Of a DNA stretch of 64,000 bases, positions 38,133 to 48,779 are shown one piece after another (the first letter of the stretch is position 1; each line of letters starts with the position of its first letter). The notes under the pieces are model-generated. The model did not search any database and was not told where the DNA came from. It saw only the letters and a list, made by a program, of their open reading frames with translations. A program made the position numbers and the translations under genes. The stretch covers positions 7 to 64,006 of the forward strand of contig JANWIO010000107.1 in NCBI GenBank assembly GCA_025449835.1, in the 5' to 3' direction. The DNA is from Vampirovibrionales bacterium (GTDB taxonomy: Bacteria > Cyanobacteriota > Vampirovibrionia > Vampirovibrionales > JAGQHJ01).

Positions 38133-40106
38133 TTACGCTTCTTCTTCCTCTTCTTCTACCGATGGAGCCACCACAAAGTAATCCACAGAGGTTTTTTCTT
38201 TTGAAACGGAGCGTGCTAATTTTTTCACCGATTGAATCGGTTTGGCCTTTTGAGAAGCCACAGTATGAATGGTTTTTAAGAGATTATCAAACGGATCGGA
38301 TTCATTATGCTTCTCAGGACGCCACTCTTGCTTCCCTTCTCTTAAACTTCTGATCCGTTGTTGGATATAGCGATCAACAGCCCTTTGGCCTCCCAACCGT
38401 TTACATAAATAGGCATTCACGTCTTCACGAGTAATAACCTTATCTTGGCCAACTAAAATACCATCGACCATGCCTTTTTTTCCATAAAACAAAGCTTCAA
38501 GCGGATTTAACCATACATCCACCTTCATATCGTTGTATAACGACTTAAAAGGACGCCCCGACGCATGAGAAAGCACCGAAACAAAATCTTGTGTTACCTC
38601 GTGAAGCGCATCAACATCTTGGTTATAAAGATTTACAGGCATCTGGGGAAATTCATTCCATGCGTCATGAAGCATAATCCTCCCATTGGGTGTAATAAAC
38701 CGGTTTCCCGTAGCACTGCCCAACAAAAATGCGCCACAACTGGCCGCCATCCCCATTACGATAACATCAACCGGTGTTTTGAGAGAATGGATTGCATTGC
38801 GAATATCAACCCCTGAAATCGTAAACCCTCCAGGAGTATTGATTAAAATCTTAATATTACTTGAAAACCTTCGGCTATTTTTCTTATTATCCAGAGCTTT
38901 TAAGGCTTCTGAAATTTGTTCTGCCGTCTCATCATTAAAATCATCATTAAAATAGATAACATCATCCTCTAAAATTGAACGAGTGTCTTTTAAATTTTCA
39001 ATAAACAGGCGGGTGGGTTTGATCTTTTCAGCATTAACTTTCAAGTTAAGTGGTAATTCTTTTAATACAACTTCTTCATCATTGACATAAAGCTGTAACA
39101 GGTCCTTGGGTATTGATTTTCTCCGTGAACGTCGAGATTGTAGCTTCTCTTTCTTGGTTTCTGCTTGCTCCTTAGGAGAACGATACCACGAGACTTCCGG
39201 AAAGCCAGGACGCAACAACTTGGTGGGAATTGATTCCGGTGAAAAATCTTCTAATTTCTGAGAGGGCAGTTTATAAACATTCATAAACTCTTTTACAAAA
39301 GCAGATTGACGTTTCTGATTAAAATTATTCTTTTTGAAATACGTTTCTAAATTTTGGCGAGTCACAACCCGATCATAGCCCACCAAAATACCCTCAATAA
39401 GCCCTTTTGATCCATAGCTGAGGGCTTCTAAGGGGCTATAGTGCCGACCACTTGTCAAATCATGAAATGCTGTTGCTCGATCGGGTACACCAGCCCGAGA
39501 CATCAATAAATACTCAAACTCCCGAATATAATTATTTTGAAGCTTTCGCTCAATGGCATGATCATCATTCCTTTGAAAGGGAGCCCCTGCCTTAACCGGT
39601 CCTAAGTACAAGGAGCCTCCAGGCATCATAAAACGTTTACCCGTTGCTGAAAGAAGGGTTTTTACAGTATCGCAATCGATAAAAGATTTCACTATCACAT
39701 CCACTGGCCGATTGACCAAAGCCAATGTATCCGCCAATGCAGTTCTATCCGTACTCGGGAAGAGATTGGGGGGAGAACCACTGAGGAATAACTTCAAACT
39801 GCTCTCATCGCCTTTGGACTTCTTAATCATGTCCCATAATAACAGCCCTCGTTGCACAGCAGAAACCGTTGGAGCATTAAGATATTCGCTACATCGTAAC
39901 TCCACGCTATGATCGTTATCGATGAGTCCCCCAAATCGAAGGGAAGGCGGCGGGAAAAAATTTTTGGAAGCACTATTGGATACTGACTGCTGCGGCAAAG
40001 TAGGTTGGCTCGTTATCGGCTTTTGTGTTTTTACAAAAGCCGTGTTTCTGAATATCGGGACACCTGGAATAATGGTTACGCCCATTACGCCACCTCTATA
40101 ACCCAC
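38133..40106 (-). CDS. Tandem ClpP-like (S14 family) protein: N-terminal degenerate copy + C-terminal copy retaining Ser/His, acidic C-tail
   Basis: The second half carries the ClpP motifs VDVIVMGMAASCGAFLLGSATGNRFITPNGRIMLHDA. The first half aligns but reads VDVIVKSFIDCDTVKTLLSATGKRFMMPGGSLYLGPV, with the catalytic Ser and His lost. Both halves end with an EAL.YG.KG...GILVG.D.V.TR module. The C-terminus is EEEEEEA. Confidence 0.7.
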   Translation of the reverse strand: MGYRGGVMGVTIIPGVPIFRNTAFVKTQKPITSQPTLPQQSVSNSASKNFFPPPSLRFGGLIDNDHSVELRCSEYLNAPTVSAVQRGLLLWDMIKKSKGDESSLKLFLSGSPPNLFPSTDRTALADTLALVNRPVDVIVKSFIDCDTVKTLLSATGKRFMMPGGSLYLGPVKAGAPFQRNDDHAIERKLQNNYIREFEYLLMSRAGVPDRATAFHDLTSGRHYSPLEALSYGSKGLIEGILVGYDRVVTRQNLETYFKKNNFNQKRQSAFVKEFMNVYKLPSQKLEDFSPESIPTKLLRPGFPEVSWYRSPKEQAETKKEKLQSRRSRRKSIPKDLLQLYVNDEEVVLKELPLNLKVNAEKIKPTRLFIENLKDTRSILEDDVIYFNDDFNDETAEQISEALKALDNKKNSRRFSSNIKILINTPGGFTISGVDIRNAIHSLKTPVDVIVMGMAASCGAFLLGSATGNRFITPNGRIMLHDAWNEFPQMPVNLYNQDVDALHEVTQDFVSVLSHASGRPFKSLYNDMKVDVWLNPLEALFYGKKGMVDGILVGQDKVITREDVNAYLCKRLGGQRAVDRYIQQRIRSLREGKQEWRPEKHNESDPFDNLLKTIHTVASQKAKPIQSVKKLARSVSKEKTSVDYFVVAPSVEEEEEEA

Positions 40107-40161
40107 TTTAAAATCATTTAAATACCCATCCTCATTGTCGAATCATCCGTTATCACATCAA

Positions 40162-42930
40162 TTATTTCGATTTTGGTCTAAAAACAGAAGCCCCTATCCG
40201 AACTGGTAAAGTTACAACTGATTTTAGCAAAGCTGGAACAGTGTATTTATCCGTCGCAATGGCTTTGGCCAGGATTTTCATAGACCCCATTTTATTGCCA
40301 TTGGCGCCTGCAATCGCTGAATCGACCAGTTGCATTAATTTCTGATTCCGTGCAGCTACATTTTCAATAATGACTTTAAGCTCATTCTGAGTGTATTTCC
40401 CTGCTTTGTCAGTACCGGCGTTTTCAATCATTCGAGTGGATAAAGCCAAACCCGCCTGGCTGAAACGTCCTGCATTTTTTACATTTTCCTGTTGAATGGT
40501 TGCCAAATGGAATTGCTGGGCAATATCCGCCGGATAATCTTCAGCCCGCTGATATCGTTTCAGACCACGATGGGGATCTATGGCGGGATCTGTTTTTTGA
40601 GGATCAAACTTCTGAAGAAATTCGGGTTGCTCTAAAAGCTGATCAACGGTATCATCCAGCCCTTGAGAAGAGGTTAATACATGAATCAAACCTAAACGAT
40701 GGGCCGTTTGTGCATCCAATCGAGACCCCGGCGTATTGATCCCCCATTTTAGCTTTTGATTCACCAGATTATAAAGCCCAGGAATTGCTTTAAAGTAGGC
40801 ATCCAATGCACCAATTTTGGATTGCCCACCACCGATTAAGGCATGTGCCATGGGCTTCCCAATTTTTCCAGCAAGACGATCTGGCCCACCCCACCCAGGG
40901 AACAATGCTAGCTTAACCTCTGGCAGGGTAAAAGTGGCTTTATGTGAGGCAACAATTTTGTCACAAGCTAAGGCAAGCTCAACACCACCACCATAGGCAT
41001 CTCCCTGAACTTTTGCAATTGTCGGTTTTTTAGAGGCTGCAATGGTGTTCATGGTGTCCAGTCCCAATTGCACAAATTTTTCCACGGCCGGCAAATTCAA
41101 ATTATCTTTAATTTCATCCAAATTAGCCCCACCTGAAAACACTTTCCCCCCATTGGATTCAATTACAATGGCTTTCACCTTGGGATTCTCCTGGGCGTCC
41201 TCAACGGTTTTTTTGAGGGCTCGCAAGGTAACACTGGCCAATGTATTAAAATTTTCGGCACCCATGTCCGATTGAACACGATCTAAAGTAATAAAGAGCG
41301 CCCCATTCTTTTCGCTGAGTCGTGTTTTAACGTAGTTCAGTTCAGTGTCGGGTAGTTCAGGAATTTTAAAATCATTCCCATACCGGGTTTTAATGGCATC
41401 GAGGGCGGCTTTAACCTTTTCAGGTCCCTGTTGCTGCATAGATGCAAAGGGAGCAAAGGACCACTTAAAGCCCAGGTGTGCAATATTATCGATATCTTCT
41501 TTCTCGCACAGCCCTTCAGAAACCATTTGGATTGCGGCACCATACAGGGCGCCATACAACCGGTTTTCAATAATTTGCTTTTTAGCGTCCGGCGTTTCAT
41601 GTCGTCCCGCAACGTCCACCTTGGGATACCCATTTCCAAAATACTTCGCCTCAGCTTCTAATTTCGCCACTTCCTCGCGGGATCGTGCAAGGAGCTTTTG
41701 TTGCTCTTCAATTTTAAACTCTGCTGCTAAGGTTTTCGATGCCTCTGTATTTTTGCCCGCCTCAGCCTTTTGCCAGGCAAGAACAGCTTCGTTGTAACTT
41801 TTTTCAACGTCATCTCGTAAACTTTTTGCTCGTTTTAAAGGCCCTTTCACAACCTCTTGAACCCGCTGATGCTCGTTTAAAAGGATATTTGAGGGTTTAT
41901 AATAAGGTCCCAGCTTACCAATGTTCTGGGCAATCTCAACCCCTAGGCCACCATACTTTTGAAACAGCACAAAGGGCGGCATCAAGGACTTTTGAGCCAT
42001 GGGCATATCGGCCAGTTTTCCCCATAGCATTTTATTTGCAATTTTATCAATGGTTTCGGCACTCCCATAGCCGTCCTCATAAAGATGCAGTGCTTCGGCA
42101 GCAGCCGTAATTAACAACCGATTGGCTGCAAATCCAGGAGAGTCATGTTTCACCAGCACTGGCACTTTTCCAATGGCACGAGCGTAGTTAATCGTTTGCT
42201 TCACCACTTCCGGTGAGGTTAATTTACCCGGAATAACTTCGACCAAACGATTTGAAACAGCTGGCAGAAAATAGTGTAACCCAATAAATCGTTCAGGATG
42301 CTGAAGTCCTTCAGCCATTTCATTAACACTTAACGTTGAAGTGTTGGTAGCCAAAATTGTTTTGGGATTCACACGCTGCTCAATATTCCCAAACAACTTC
42401 TTTTTGACTGCCATGTTTTCAAAAATGGCTTCCACCACCAGCCCAACTTGGGGAAAATCCTCCGGTGAATAGCCCCCTTCACTGGCAGGCTTTTCAAGAC
42501 GCTGACCATCCAGAGCTTCAGCTTTCGTATTGTGATGAATGTCCCAGAAAGCGTCTTCCTTCACAATTCCCTTTGCTGTAGCGGTTAAAAGCTTATCATT
42601 AATTTGGGCCAAGGCTTTTTGGGCACCCTTTAAATTCATATCCATGGCATAGGTATTAAACATTCCCTGCCGGGCATTTTGAAGAATATCCTGCCCCATT
42701 GTACCAGCCGCACCCGCAACCAAAACGCCTTGCTGTTGTAATAATTCTGTAGGTGTTTTTTCTGATTGGACCGTCCCAAACCGTATTTTTTGTGGCAACT
42801 TTACTTTTGGCACACTCATAAATTGATCTTGAGGAACATTGGTTTTTTGAAATGTAGACGACGGCTGTTTTGCCACAAAACGCTGAGCCAACAGCTTCGA
42901 TGAAACAATCCCTGGTGTCCGAATATCCAT
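40162..42930 (-). CDS. Fatty-acid oxidation bifunctional protein, 3-hydroxyacyl-CoA dehydrogenase (N-terminal) fused to enoyl-CoA hydratase/isomerase (C-terminal)
   Basis: N-terminal Rossmann (GVLVAGAAGTMGQ) plus 3HCDH core. C-terminal crotonase fold (…VIESNGGKVFSGGANLDEI…GDAYGGGVELALACD…). The start is placed at MDIRTPG, which has GGAG upstream. Confidence 0.85.
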   Translation of the reverse strand: MDIRTPGIVSSKLLAQRFVAKQPSSTFQKTNVPQDQFMSVPKVKLPQKIRFGTVQSEKTPTELLQQQGVLVAGAAGTMGQDILQNARQGMFNTYAMDMNLKGAQKALAQINDKLLTATAKGIVKEDAFWDIHHNTKAEALDGQRLEKPASEGGYSPEDFPQVGLVVEAIFENMAVKKKLFGNIEQRVNPKTILATNTSTLSVNEMAEGLQHPERFIGLHYFLPAVSNRLVEVIPGKLTSPEVVKQTINYARAIGKVPVLVKHDSPGFAANRLLITAAAEALHLYEDGYGSAETIDKIANKMLWGKLADMPMAQKSLMPPFVLFQKYGGLGVEIAQNIGKLGPYYKPSNILLNEHQRVQEVVKGPLKRAKSLRDDVEKSYNEAVLAWQKAEAGKNTEASKTLAAEFKIEEQQKLLARSREEVAKLEAEAKYFGNGYPKVDVAGRHETPDAKKQIIENRLYGALYGAAIQMVSEGLCEKEDIDNIAHLGFKWSFAPFASMQQQGPEKVKAALDAIKTRYGNDFKIPELPDTELNYVKTRLSEKNGALFITLDRVQSDMGAENFNTLASVTLRALKKTVEDAQENPKVKAIVIESNGGKVFSGGANLDEIKDNLNLPAVEKFVQLGLDTMNTIAASKKPTIAKVQGDAYGGGVELALACDKIVASHKATFTLPEVKLALFPGWGGPDRLAGKIGKPMAHALIGGGQSKIGALDAYFKAIPGLYNLVNQKLKWGINTPGSRLDAQTAHRLGLIHVLTSSQGLDDTVDQLLEQPEFLQKFDPQKTDPAIDPHRGLKRYQRAEDYPADIAQQFHLATIQQENVKNAGRFSQAGLALSTRMIENAGTDKAGKYTQNELKVIIENVAARNQKLMQLVDSAIAGANGNKMGSMKILAKAIATDKYTVPALLKSVVTLPVRIGASVFRPKSK

Positions 42931-43226
42931 AATTTCTCCCCAACAATCAAAAATTGATACTAAATGTTTATTCATTATCATACTTAAACCTGAAAACAAA
43001 AGACTCCCGTTCAAATTGTTACATTTTGGTAACTTTCCAAAATAAGCCCCCAATTAAAGTACTGAAATTTATAAAAATAAGGCATAATGTGTTGCATCCC
43101 TATCCTTGCTCATGCCAATCTAAGTCCTTATGTTTTTGAAGTCAACTTTGTTAGAATAGGGAAGAATTCCCAAAGCTGTGGATATCTCTTCAACATGTCA
43201 AACAATCGAAATCAGAGGGTTAATGG

Positions 43227-45368
43227 GTGAAACGCCACCGTCTTGCTGTGGGCACGCTTTTAAGTATTTTATGTCTCATTTCTGCTTCATCAGTTGCTTT
43301 TTCAGAGCAACTCTCTGTGGGCAGCGCCGTATTGCAATCTCCTCCTTTACCGCCTTCGCCATTACAAACACCCACCATGACGGACCAACTCATCGCGTTT
43401 CATCCCAAAGAACATAAAAAAGAAACAAAAAGCCTCCACAATAACAAAACGATGTCCCTCACCGCTAAAGATCCCAAAACAGGGAAGACCGTTAACATTG
43501 ATGTAGATAGTGAAAACCTTTCGTATGATCCCGCAACAGACACTTATACGGTAACAGGTAGTGTTTACATCATTATTCCTCAAAACTCAACAGAAATTTT
43601 AGCCGATAAAGCAACCTTTAACTCCAAAACCTCCAACATGGTGGCCGCAGGGAATGTCTTTATTATTTCGGATCGAAAGGTTTTAGCCAGTAAATCTGCA
43701 AAATTTGATTTTAAAAACGATGTTTCCTATTATACAGACGCCAAAACAATCACTGATTACATCGGAATCAAAGCACGCCAGTCTATCCGAACCAAAAATT
43801 ACATTATTATGCATGATGGTCGGCTGGTTTTAACGCCTCAGGCGATGAATCAAATTAGCTTGCGATATCGCCAACATGGCGGAATGCATTTTGGTACAGC
43901 AGCTTTTTATGGATATTTTTCTGCCAATATGGCAAGGCCCTCCATAGAAGCCGGTGGATTGGGACAACCACTTTTAGGGGGCTCTTACGACGTATACAGC
44001 ATGGATAGCTCCTTCCTAAAAGGGACTAAAAACCCCTCAGATGCACAGCCTATTATCCCCCAAAAACCAATTAGCCCCAAAGATGTCATATCAGCTGACT
44101 TTTCAAATGGAAATAGCCTTTATCAACTTAAAACAAAAACGATTGACATTTTTCGTCATAAAGATGGTTACGACAAGATTGTTTTGCACCAAAGTCTCTA
44201 CAAATACCGCAATATCCCATTCTTTTTTGCCCCGTCTCTGGATTTTGGGTATATCGAAAGTAATAATTTCCTCACCTATTTAGGCCCTGATATTGGCTAT
44301 AACCTAGATAACGGCGGTTTTTATGCCGGTCCAGGATTCGATTTTCGTCTTTTTGATGGCTGGGTGAAAGTATCACCTTACATCTCCTATGGCGGAGGGC
44401 AAAGAATCTTAACCCATATAAACGAACAAAATGTGATTAAACCCCAGTGGGGCTACGGGATTTTGACTCATTTCCGCTCTCCCGAAAACCGAACGGACTT
44501 TGGATACGGCTCAACTGTCCATGAGCCAATTCTCTTGTCCGAACAGGAATTGTTCCATCATTCAAACACACGGCTTCGGTTAAGCATTAATCGGTATTAC
44601 ACCAATGGTTTTTTTGGCATTGAAAGACCCCGAATGATCGGAGATCTTACCGATTTACGGCAATTTTATCCCCTTAAGGGTTTACTTTTAAGAACATTTA
44701 CATCTGCAGGCGTTGCCAAAGACGATTTTTCCCCCACACGTCAAGCCATTTACTTTGTTGCTCCAAAGTCGGACTCCCCCATTACAACCGTTCGTTTACA
44801 ACTGCAGAATCAATTGGTAACCACACGCCCCATTATTCATCTGGGCCATTTTGCATCCATCAGTGCTGTGATTCAAAGTAAGCTTGCACTCTATGGCACA
44901 GGGAATGCTTACGGTGTTATTCAAGGAGGCCCTTATGCCAACATTCTCGCAGGCCCGCTCTTTACCCAGGTAAGTTATCTCTATGGCCGAACATCAGGAC
45001 ATACCCCCTTTGTTTTTGACTCTTTTTATCAAGGACAAAACTATCTGCAAATTGTAAATTCCCTTGACTTGGGGAAATATTTTACCATTGGTGCTATCCA
45101 TGGGCTCAGCCTTAATAAGGATAACGCCAGAAATGACTTGGTCATTAATCGTCAAGTCTTTGCGACAGTTGGATCCAGAAATTTCCGGTTTACCCTAGCT
45201 TACGATTTTATCCAAAAACGCTCCTTTTTCGGCATACTTATCAATCCCCAAGGCGGAAAATTGGTGATGGACTACAACAATTTAAATGTCTACCAACCCA
45301 CTTTCACTTCAGATATGCACAAAGAGATGGATGCCGCTCGAAAAGGTCTTTCAGCCCCTCCGCCCTAA
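43227..45368 (+). CDS. Outer-membrane LptD/OstA-like protein (candidate LPS assembly protein)
   Basis: GTG start with AGAGGG RBS. Signal peptide. N-terminal OstA-like segment (…ADKATFNSKTSNMVAAGNVFIISDRKVLASKSAKFDFKN…), then a long beta-rich region consistent with a barrel. Confidence 0.5.
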   Translation: MKRHRLAVGTLLSILCLISASSVAFSEQLSVGSAVLQSPPLPPSPLQTPTMTDQLIAFHPKEHKKETKSLHNNKTMSLTAKDPKTGKTVNIDVDSENLSYDPATDTYTVTGSVYIIIPQNSTEILADKATFNSKTSNMVAAGNVFIISDRKVLASKSAKFDFKNDVSYYTDAKTITDYIGIKARQSIRTKNYIIMHDGRLVLTPQAMNQISLRYRQHGGMHFGTAAFYGYFSANMARPSIEAGGLGQPLLGGSYDVYSMDSSFLKGTKNPSDAQPIIPQKPISPKDVISADFSNGNSLYQLKTKTIDIFRHKDGYDKIVLHQSLYKYRNIPFFFAPSLDFGYIESNNFLTYLGPDIGYNLDNGGFYAGPGFDFRLFDGWVKVSPYISYGGGQRILTHINEQNVIKPQWGYGILTHFRSPENRTDFGYGSTVHEPILLSEQELFHHSNTRLRLSINRYYTNGFFGIERPRMIGDLTDLRQFYPLKGLLLRTFTSAGVAKDDFSPTRQAIYFVAPKSDSPITTVRLQLQNQLVTTRPIIHLGHFASISAVIQSKLALYGTGNAYGVIQGGPYANILAGPLFTQVSYLYGRTSGHTPFVFDSFYQGQNYLQIVNSLDLGKYFTIGAIHGLSLNKDNARNDLVINRQVFATVGSRNFRFTLAYDFIQKRSFFGILINPQGGKLVMDYNNLNVYQPTFTSDMHKEMDAARKGLSAPPP

Positions 45369-45852
45369 AACACCAAACCCTAAAAGGCCTTGTTGACGAA
45401 ATATCAACAAAGACCTTTTAGAATCAATACGCATTGCAACAGTCAAGTCACCGACTTTAAAACTGCAATTTGTACTCAGAAAGATAAACTGTAATCGATA
45501 TTTATGACTCTATCGGAACACAGTTAATATCAATCAACGGTTGTGAAAGTACCGCTTGCTGAGGATGACAGATTGCCGGCGATAACATTTGCCACCGGGA
45601 CAATAAATTGATTTGTGGATTCAATTCATCCAAAATCGAATCCTCCTGCAAGAGAAGAATGAAATAGTGCATGGGGACCTCCCAATTTCCTAAACACATT
45701 ACGACGAGAAGAAGAAAATCAATTTGCAATATTGACTTCTACATGCATAAAAACAATTAATATTTTCTTATGACTATTTTCTAAAGTTTTGTTTCAAAAA
45801 CATTTCCCAACCCAAAAACAAATGAGGTGTCCAAACTACTTCTACGGGTATT

Positions 45853-45878
45853 AAAAAACTCCCTGTTGGGAGTTTTTT
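45853..45878. terminator. Orphan intrinsic terminator (10-bp perfect stem AAAAACTCCC/GGGAGTTTTT, loop TGTT, T-run) inside a 785-bp ORF-free region
   Basis: Read directly from the sequence. No annotated CDS ends within about 480 bp on either strand. Confidence 0.6.
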
Positions 45879-46153
45879 AATTATTGACGAGCTTTGAGGA
45901 AAAATTCACCGGCCAACTCGACCCAGTCTATCACTTTATACAATTGATTTCTCATAATGCCCGCTCCTTTCTTTAATTTATATGTAGAATGGTATCGGGG
46001 AAGCAAAAACCTGAAATCAACCGCCTAAAGTATTTCAGCGGATATCCCCTAAAATCGGCCAAGACAAGGTGAAAATCCGATCCTTCTTAAAATTTCATCC
46101 CTGTATTAAGTCATCTGTCTCCCCCAAATAGATGTTTTGAAGACCTTTCATTT

Positions 46154-46996
46154 ATGTCAAAACCTCCAGCCCAAGCCTGCTATACCTTAAAAAACACCAT
46201 TCAATCTGCCTGGAACACCCTGTGGTTCTCCTGGCGTTCTTTATTCAAGTGGTCCCGCAAGCCTTACCAAGAAACGTTCGAACCCAAAATAAACTTGTAT
46301 CATGGCCGTGTAATTCAAGAACAGCTTGAGCAACGCGAAAGGCTCCTGGTTGATCGTTACGCTTTGCAATTATTTAAGGCTACTAGTAGCCGAAATCGCT
46401 ATTTAGAAACCCTGACCTATTTGGATTTCTTGGAAGCCCTTTGGCCAAATGCACTTACCTTACCAAACATGCAACCACTCTCTTGGCTGGACGTGGGTGC
46501 GAAGAACTGGTCGTATGTCGAAAGCCTCTATTGTTTCGCTCACCGACTCCAACCGAATGTAGCTCTCCATGGCATTGAAGTGGATGGATATCGACGATAC
46601 ACCAATTTTTACCACCGACTGGATTATGCACAGACGTATATCCAAGATTGCCCCAATGCTTCCTATGAAGTGGGTGACATTCTTCACCATCAAGACCAAT
46701 ACAGTATCATTACCTGTTTTCTGCCTTTTGTTTTTATGGAGCCTTGTTTACAATGGGGATTACCCCTAAAACATTTTCAACCCGAAGCATTTCTAAGACA
46801 TTTAATTTCATTGCTTTTACCACACGGCGTTTTACTCATTACCAATCAAGGTGCAGAAGAGTTTGAAGCCCAGAAAAAACTTTTTTCTCAAGTTAATGCA
46901 GCACAAACATTGGATATAACACCCGTGGGAATATTGTCAGAATCGTTTCTCCCCTACAAAATTCCGCGCTACGGCTGGCAATGCATTAAAAAATAA
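46154..46996 (+). CDS. Hypothetical protein, possible SAM-methyltransferase-like fold
   Basis: 280-aa ORF. The segments LDVGAKNWSYV and …GVLLITN weakly resemble class I methyltransferase motifs I and IV. Weak RBS. Confidence 0.4.
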   Translation: MSKPPAQACYTLKNTIQSAWNTLWFSWRSLFKWSRKPYQETFEPKINLYHGRVIQEQLEQRERLLVDRYALQLFKATSSRNRYLETLTYLDFLEALWPNALTLPNMQPLSWLDVGAKNWSYVESLYCFAHRLQPNVALHGIEVDGYRRYTNFYHRLDYAQTYIQDCPNASYEVGDILHHQDQYSIITCFLPFVFMEPCLQWGLPLKHFQPEAFLRHLISLLLPHGVLLITNQGAEEFEAQKKLFSQVNAAQTLDITPVGILSESFLPYKIPRYGWQCIKK

Positions 46997-47375
46997 ATGC
47001 ATCACTAAAAACGTCGGGGTTTTGCAGCGGCCTCAGCCTTATAAGCATACACAGCAGCTTTCGCCCCCGAACCTGATTTTGTACTGGGTTGACGAGAATT
47101 ATTTGGTGCAGCAGATTTTGCCAAAGAATATTGACTGGGATTGATTTCCCCAAACCGAACTCGACCCAATTGCCCGGAACCAAAACGAACCGATGGAAAC
47201 ATAAAACACTCCTCTGCGTTGATAAAACCATTTATTTTCTTCAACCGCATCAAAACAGCTCAAGAGAAAAGCGTGCTGCCACGTAAAAAAATGTTAAGCA
47301 ACTTGGAGAAACCAGCCCATTTTGACGACAACCTAAACACAATACAGGATAGCGAGTGATTAGGGTTTTTCGGGA

Positions 47376-47645
47376 ATGAACGGAAATTATAGCTTCATAC
47401 AACTTGCAGCCACGGCTTACTATAACGCACTAGAACAAGCATATAAGTCTGGCAATCAGCCCTCCTATAGCCCATTGGCCCAAATCGGATCTGTCGTGGC
47501 TCAGTATACTCCTGAAGGCTATATACGAACTTCCATTCAAAACTTCAGTAAGATACAACAGAAATCCATTGCAGATATACAACAAGAAATCGATGATGCA
47601 GGTTTAAATCCTGATAGCAATGGTGGGCTTGATCAGCTTGCCTAA
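47376..47645 (+). CDS. Hypothetical small protein (89 aa)
   Basis: ORF only. Its stop abuts the convergent dehydrogenase gene. Confidence 0.3.
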   Translation: MNGNYSFIQLAATAYYNALEQAYKSGNQPSYSPLAQIGSVVAQYTPEGYIRTSIQNFSKIQQKSIADIQQEIDDAGLNPDSNGGLDQLA

Positions 47646-47648
47646 GCT

Positions 47649-48758
47649 TTAATTGGTATTCTCAGCCACTTCACAATAAACTTTAATGGCGTCATTGGCC
47701 TTATTTAACGTTTCATAGAGAGACTCATAATTGTTGAGGCCTACAATTTTGTGGGTTAATAACTGATTAAGCCAGTTGGGATATTCTGTTTCCGCTTGCG
47801 CCATATCCCGAACACCTTGTTCAAAATGCTGCCGGTTGGCATTCACAGAGCCCACCATCACTTTATTTCCCAACACAAATTGCTCATTAATCTCGTCCGC
47901 AGGAATCTCAATTGTTTGATTTCCCCCCGTAATGCTGGTTAACACCAAAATGCCATTTTTCCCTAAGGCTTGCATGCTCTCAAACACAATGGGAGAGTAA
48001 CCCGTCGCCTCAAAAATCAGATCAAAAGGACCAAAATCTTGAGCACCTTTTAAGATAGACTCATTTTGGGTTGAAAAATATCGGCCACCAATGGCTTCTA
48101 CGAGCTCAGAATGAGGATTTGGTTTTGGGGTTCGGGCAAAAGTGGTAACATCAAACCCTCGCAACCTTAACGCAAGGGTGGCTAATAAGCCAATACTTCT
48201 AGCCCCCATAACGGCTGCTCGTTTTGGCTGCCAGACACATAAGCGTCGTTGAACTTCATCGGCCTGAGCCAGGCCTTTTTGAACAATACTAAAAGGCTCA
48301 AGCAACACGGCAATATCTTTAATCCCTTCTGGGATTTTGACGATAAAATCGGCATGATCCACGTAATATTCCGTTAAAAACCCATGCAAGAGGTTAATGC
48401 CCCGTTCATAATACACCGTATCCAATGTCATATCTGAGAGGCCAATCCGATCATAAATACTTGTCCCTGGGCGGCGGACCGTTGCAATCACATAATCTCC
48501 TGGCTTAAACTCCGTAACATCGGCACCCACCGCTTCAACCTGTCCAAAATTCTCATGGCCCGTTACTAAAAAGTCATCCCCTTTTGGAGCGGCACCATAT
48601 TCGGCAGCGTAAATTTCTTTATCAGTGCCATCAACCCCCACCCGTAACACTTTCACCAACACGCCTCGCCCATTGGGGATGTTTTCAAGTGAAGGTTTTG
48701 GAATATCTGTTAGGTGAGCACTTTGGGGTTTTCCGGGATAAACAGCAATTGCTTTCAT
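47649..48758 (-). CDS. Zn-dependent medium-chain dehydrogenase, glucose 1-dehydrogenase-like subgroup
   Basis: GroES-like N-domain with the motif [16 protein letters not shown]…GHENFGQV. Rossmann motif GARSIGLLA. 369 aa. Confidence 0.75.
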   Translation of the reverse strand: MKAIAVYPGKPQSAHLTDIPKPSLENIPNGRGVLVKVLRVGVDGTDKEIYAAEYGAAPKGDDFLVTGHENFGQVEAVGADVTEFKPGDYVIATVRRPGTSIYDRIGLSDMTLDTVYYERGINLLHGFLTEYYVDHADFIVKIPEGIKDIAVLLEPFSIVQKGLAQADEVQRRLCVWQPKRAAVMGARSIGLLATLALRLRGFDVTTFARTPKPNPHSELVEAIGGRYFSTQNESILKGAQDFGPFDLIFEATGYSPIVFESMQALGKNGILVLTSITGGNQTIEIPADEINEQFVLGNKVMVGSVNANRQHFEQGVRDMAQAETEYPNWLNQLLTHKIVGLNNYESLYETLNKANDAIKVYCEVAENTN

Positions 48759-48779
48759 GATTGTTTTCTCCTCTCCAAT

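Noticed and set aside
45502-45729. 75-aa minus-strand ORF in the ORF-free region
   Set aside because: No RBS and odd composition. Probably random.
45369-46153. RNase P RNA or tmRNA identity for the ORF-free region
   Set aside because: The universally conserved P4 GGAAAGUCCGG, the GUAAGAGCGCACC and ACAGAACCCGGCUUA cores of RNase P were not found on either strand. The tmRNA 5'/3' tRNA-like ends and an Ala-Ala tag frame were also not found. Left as unidentified candidate ncRNA.
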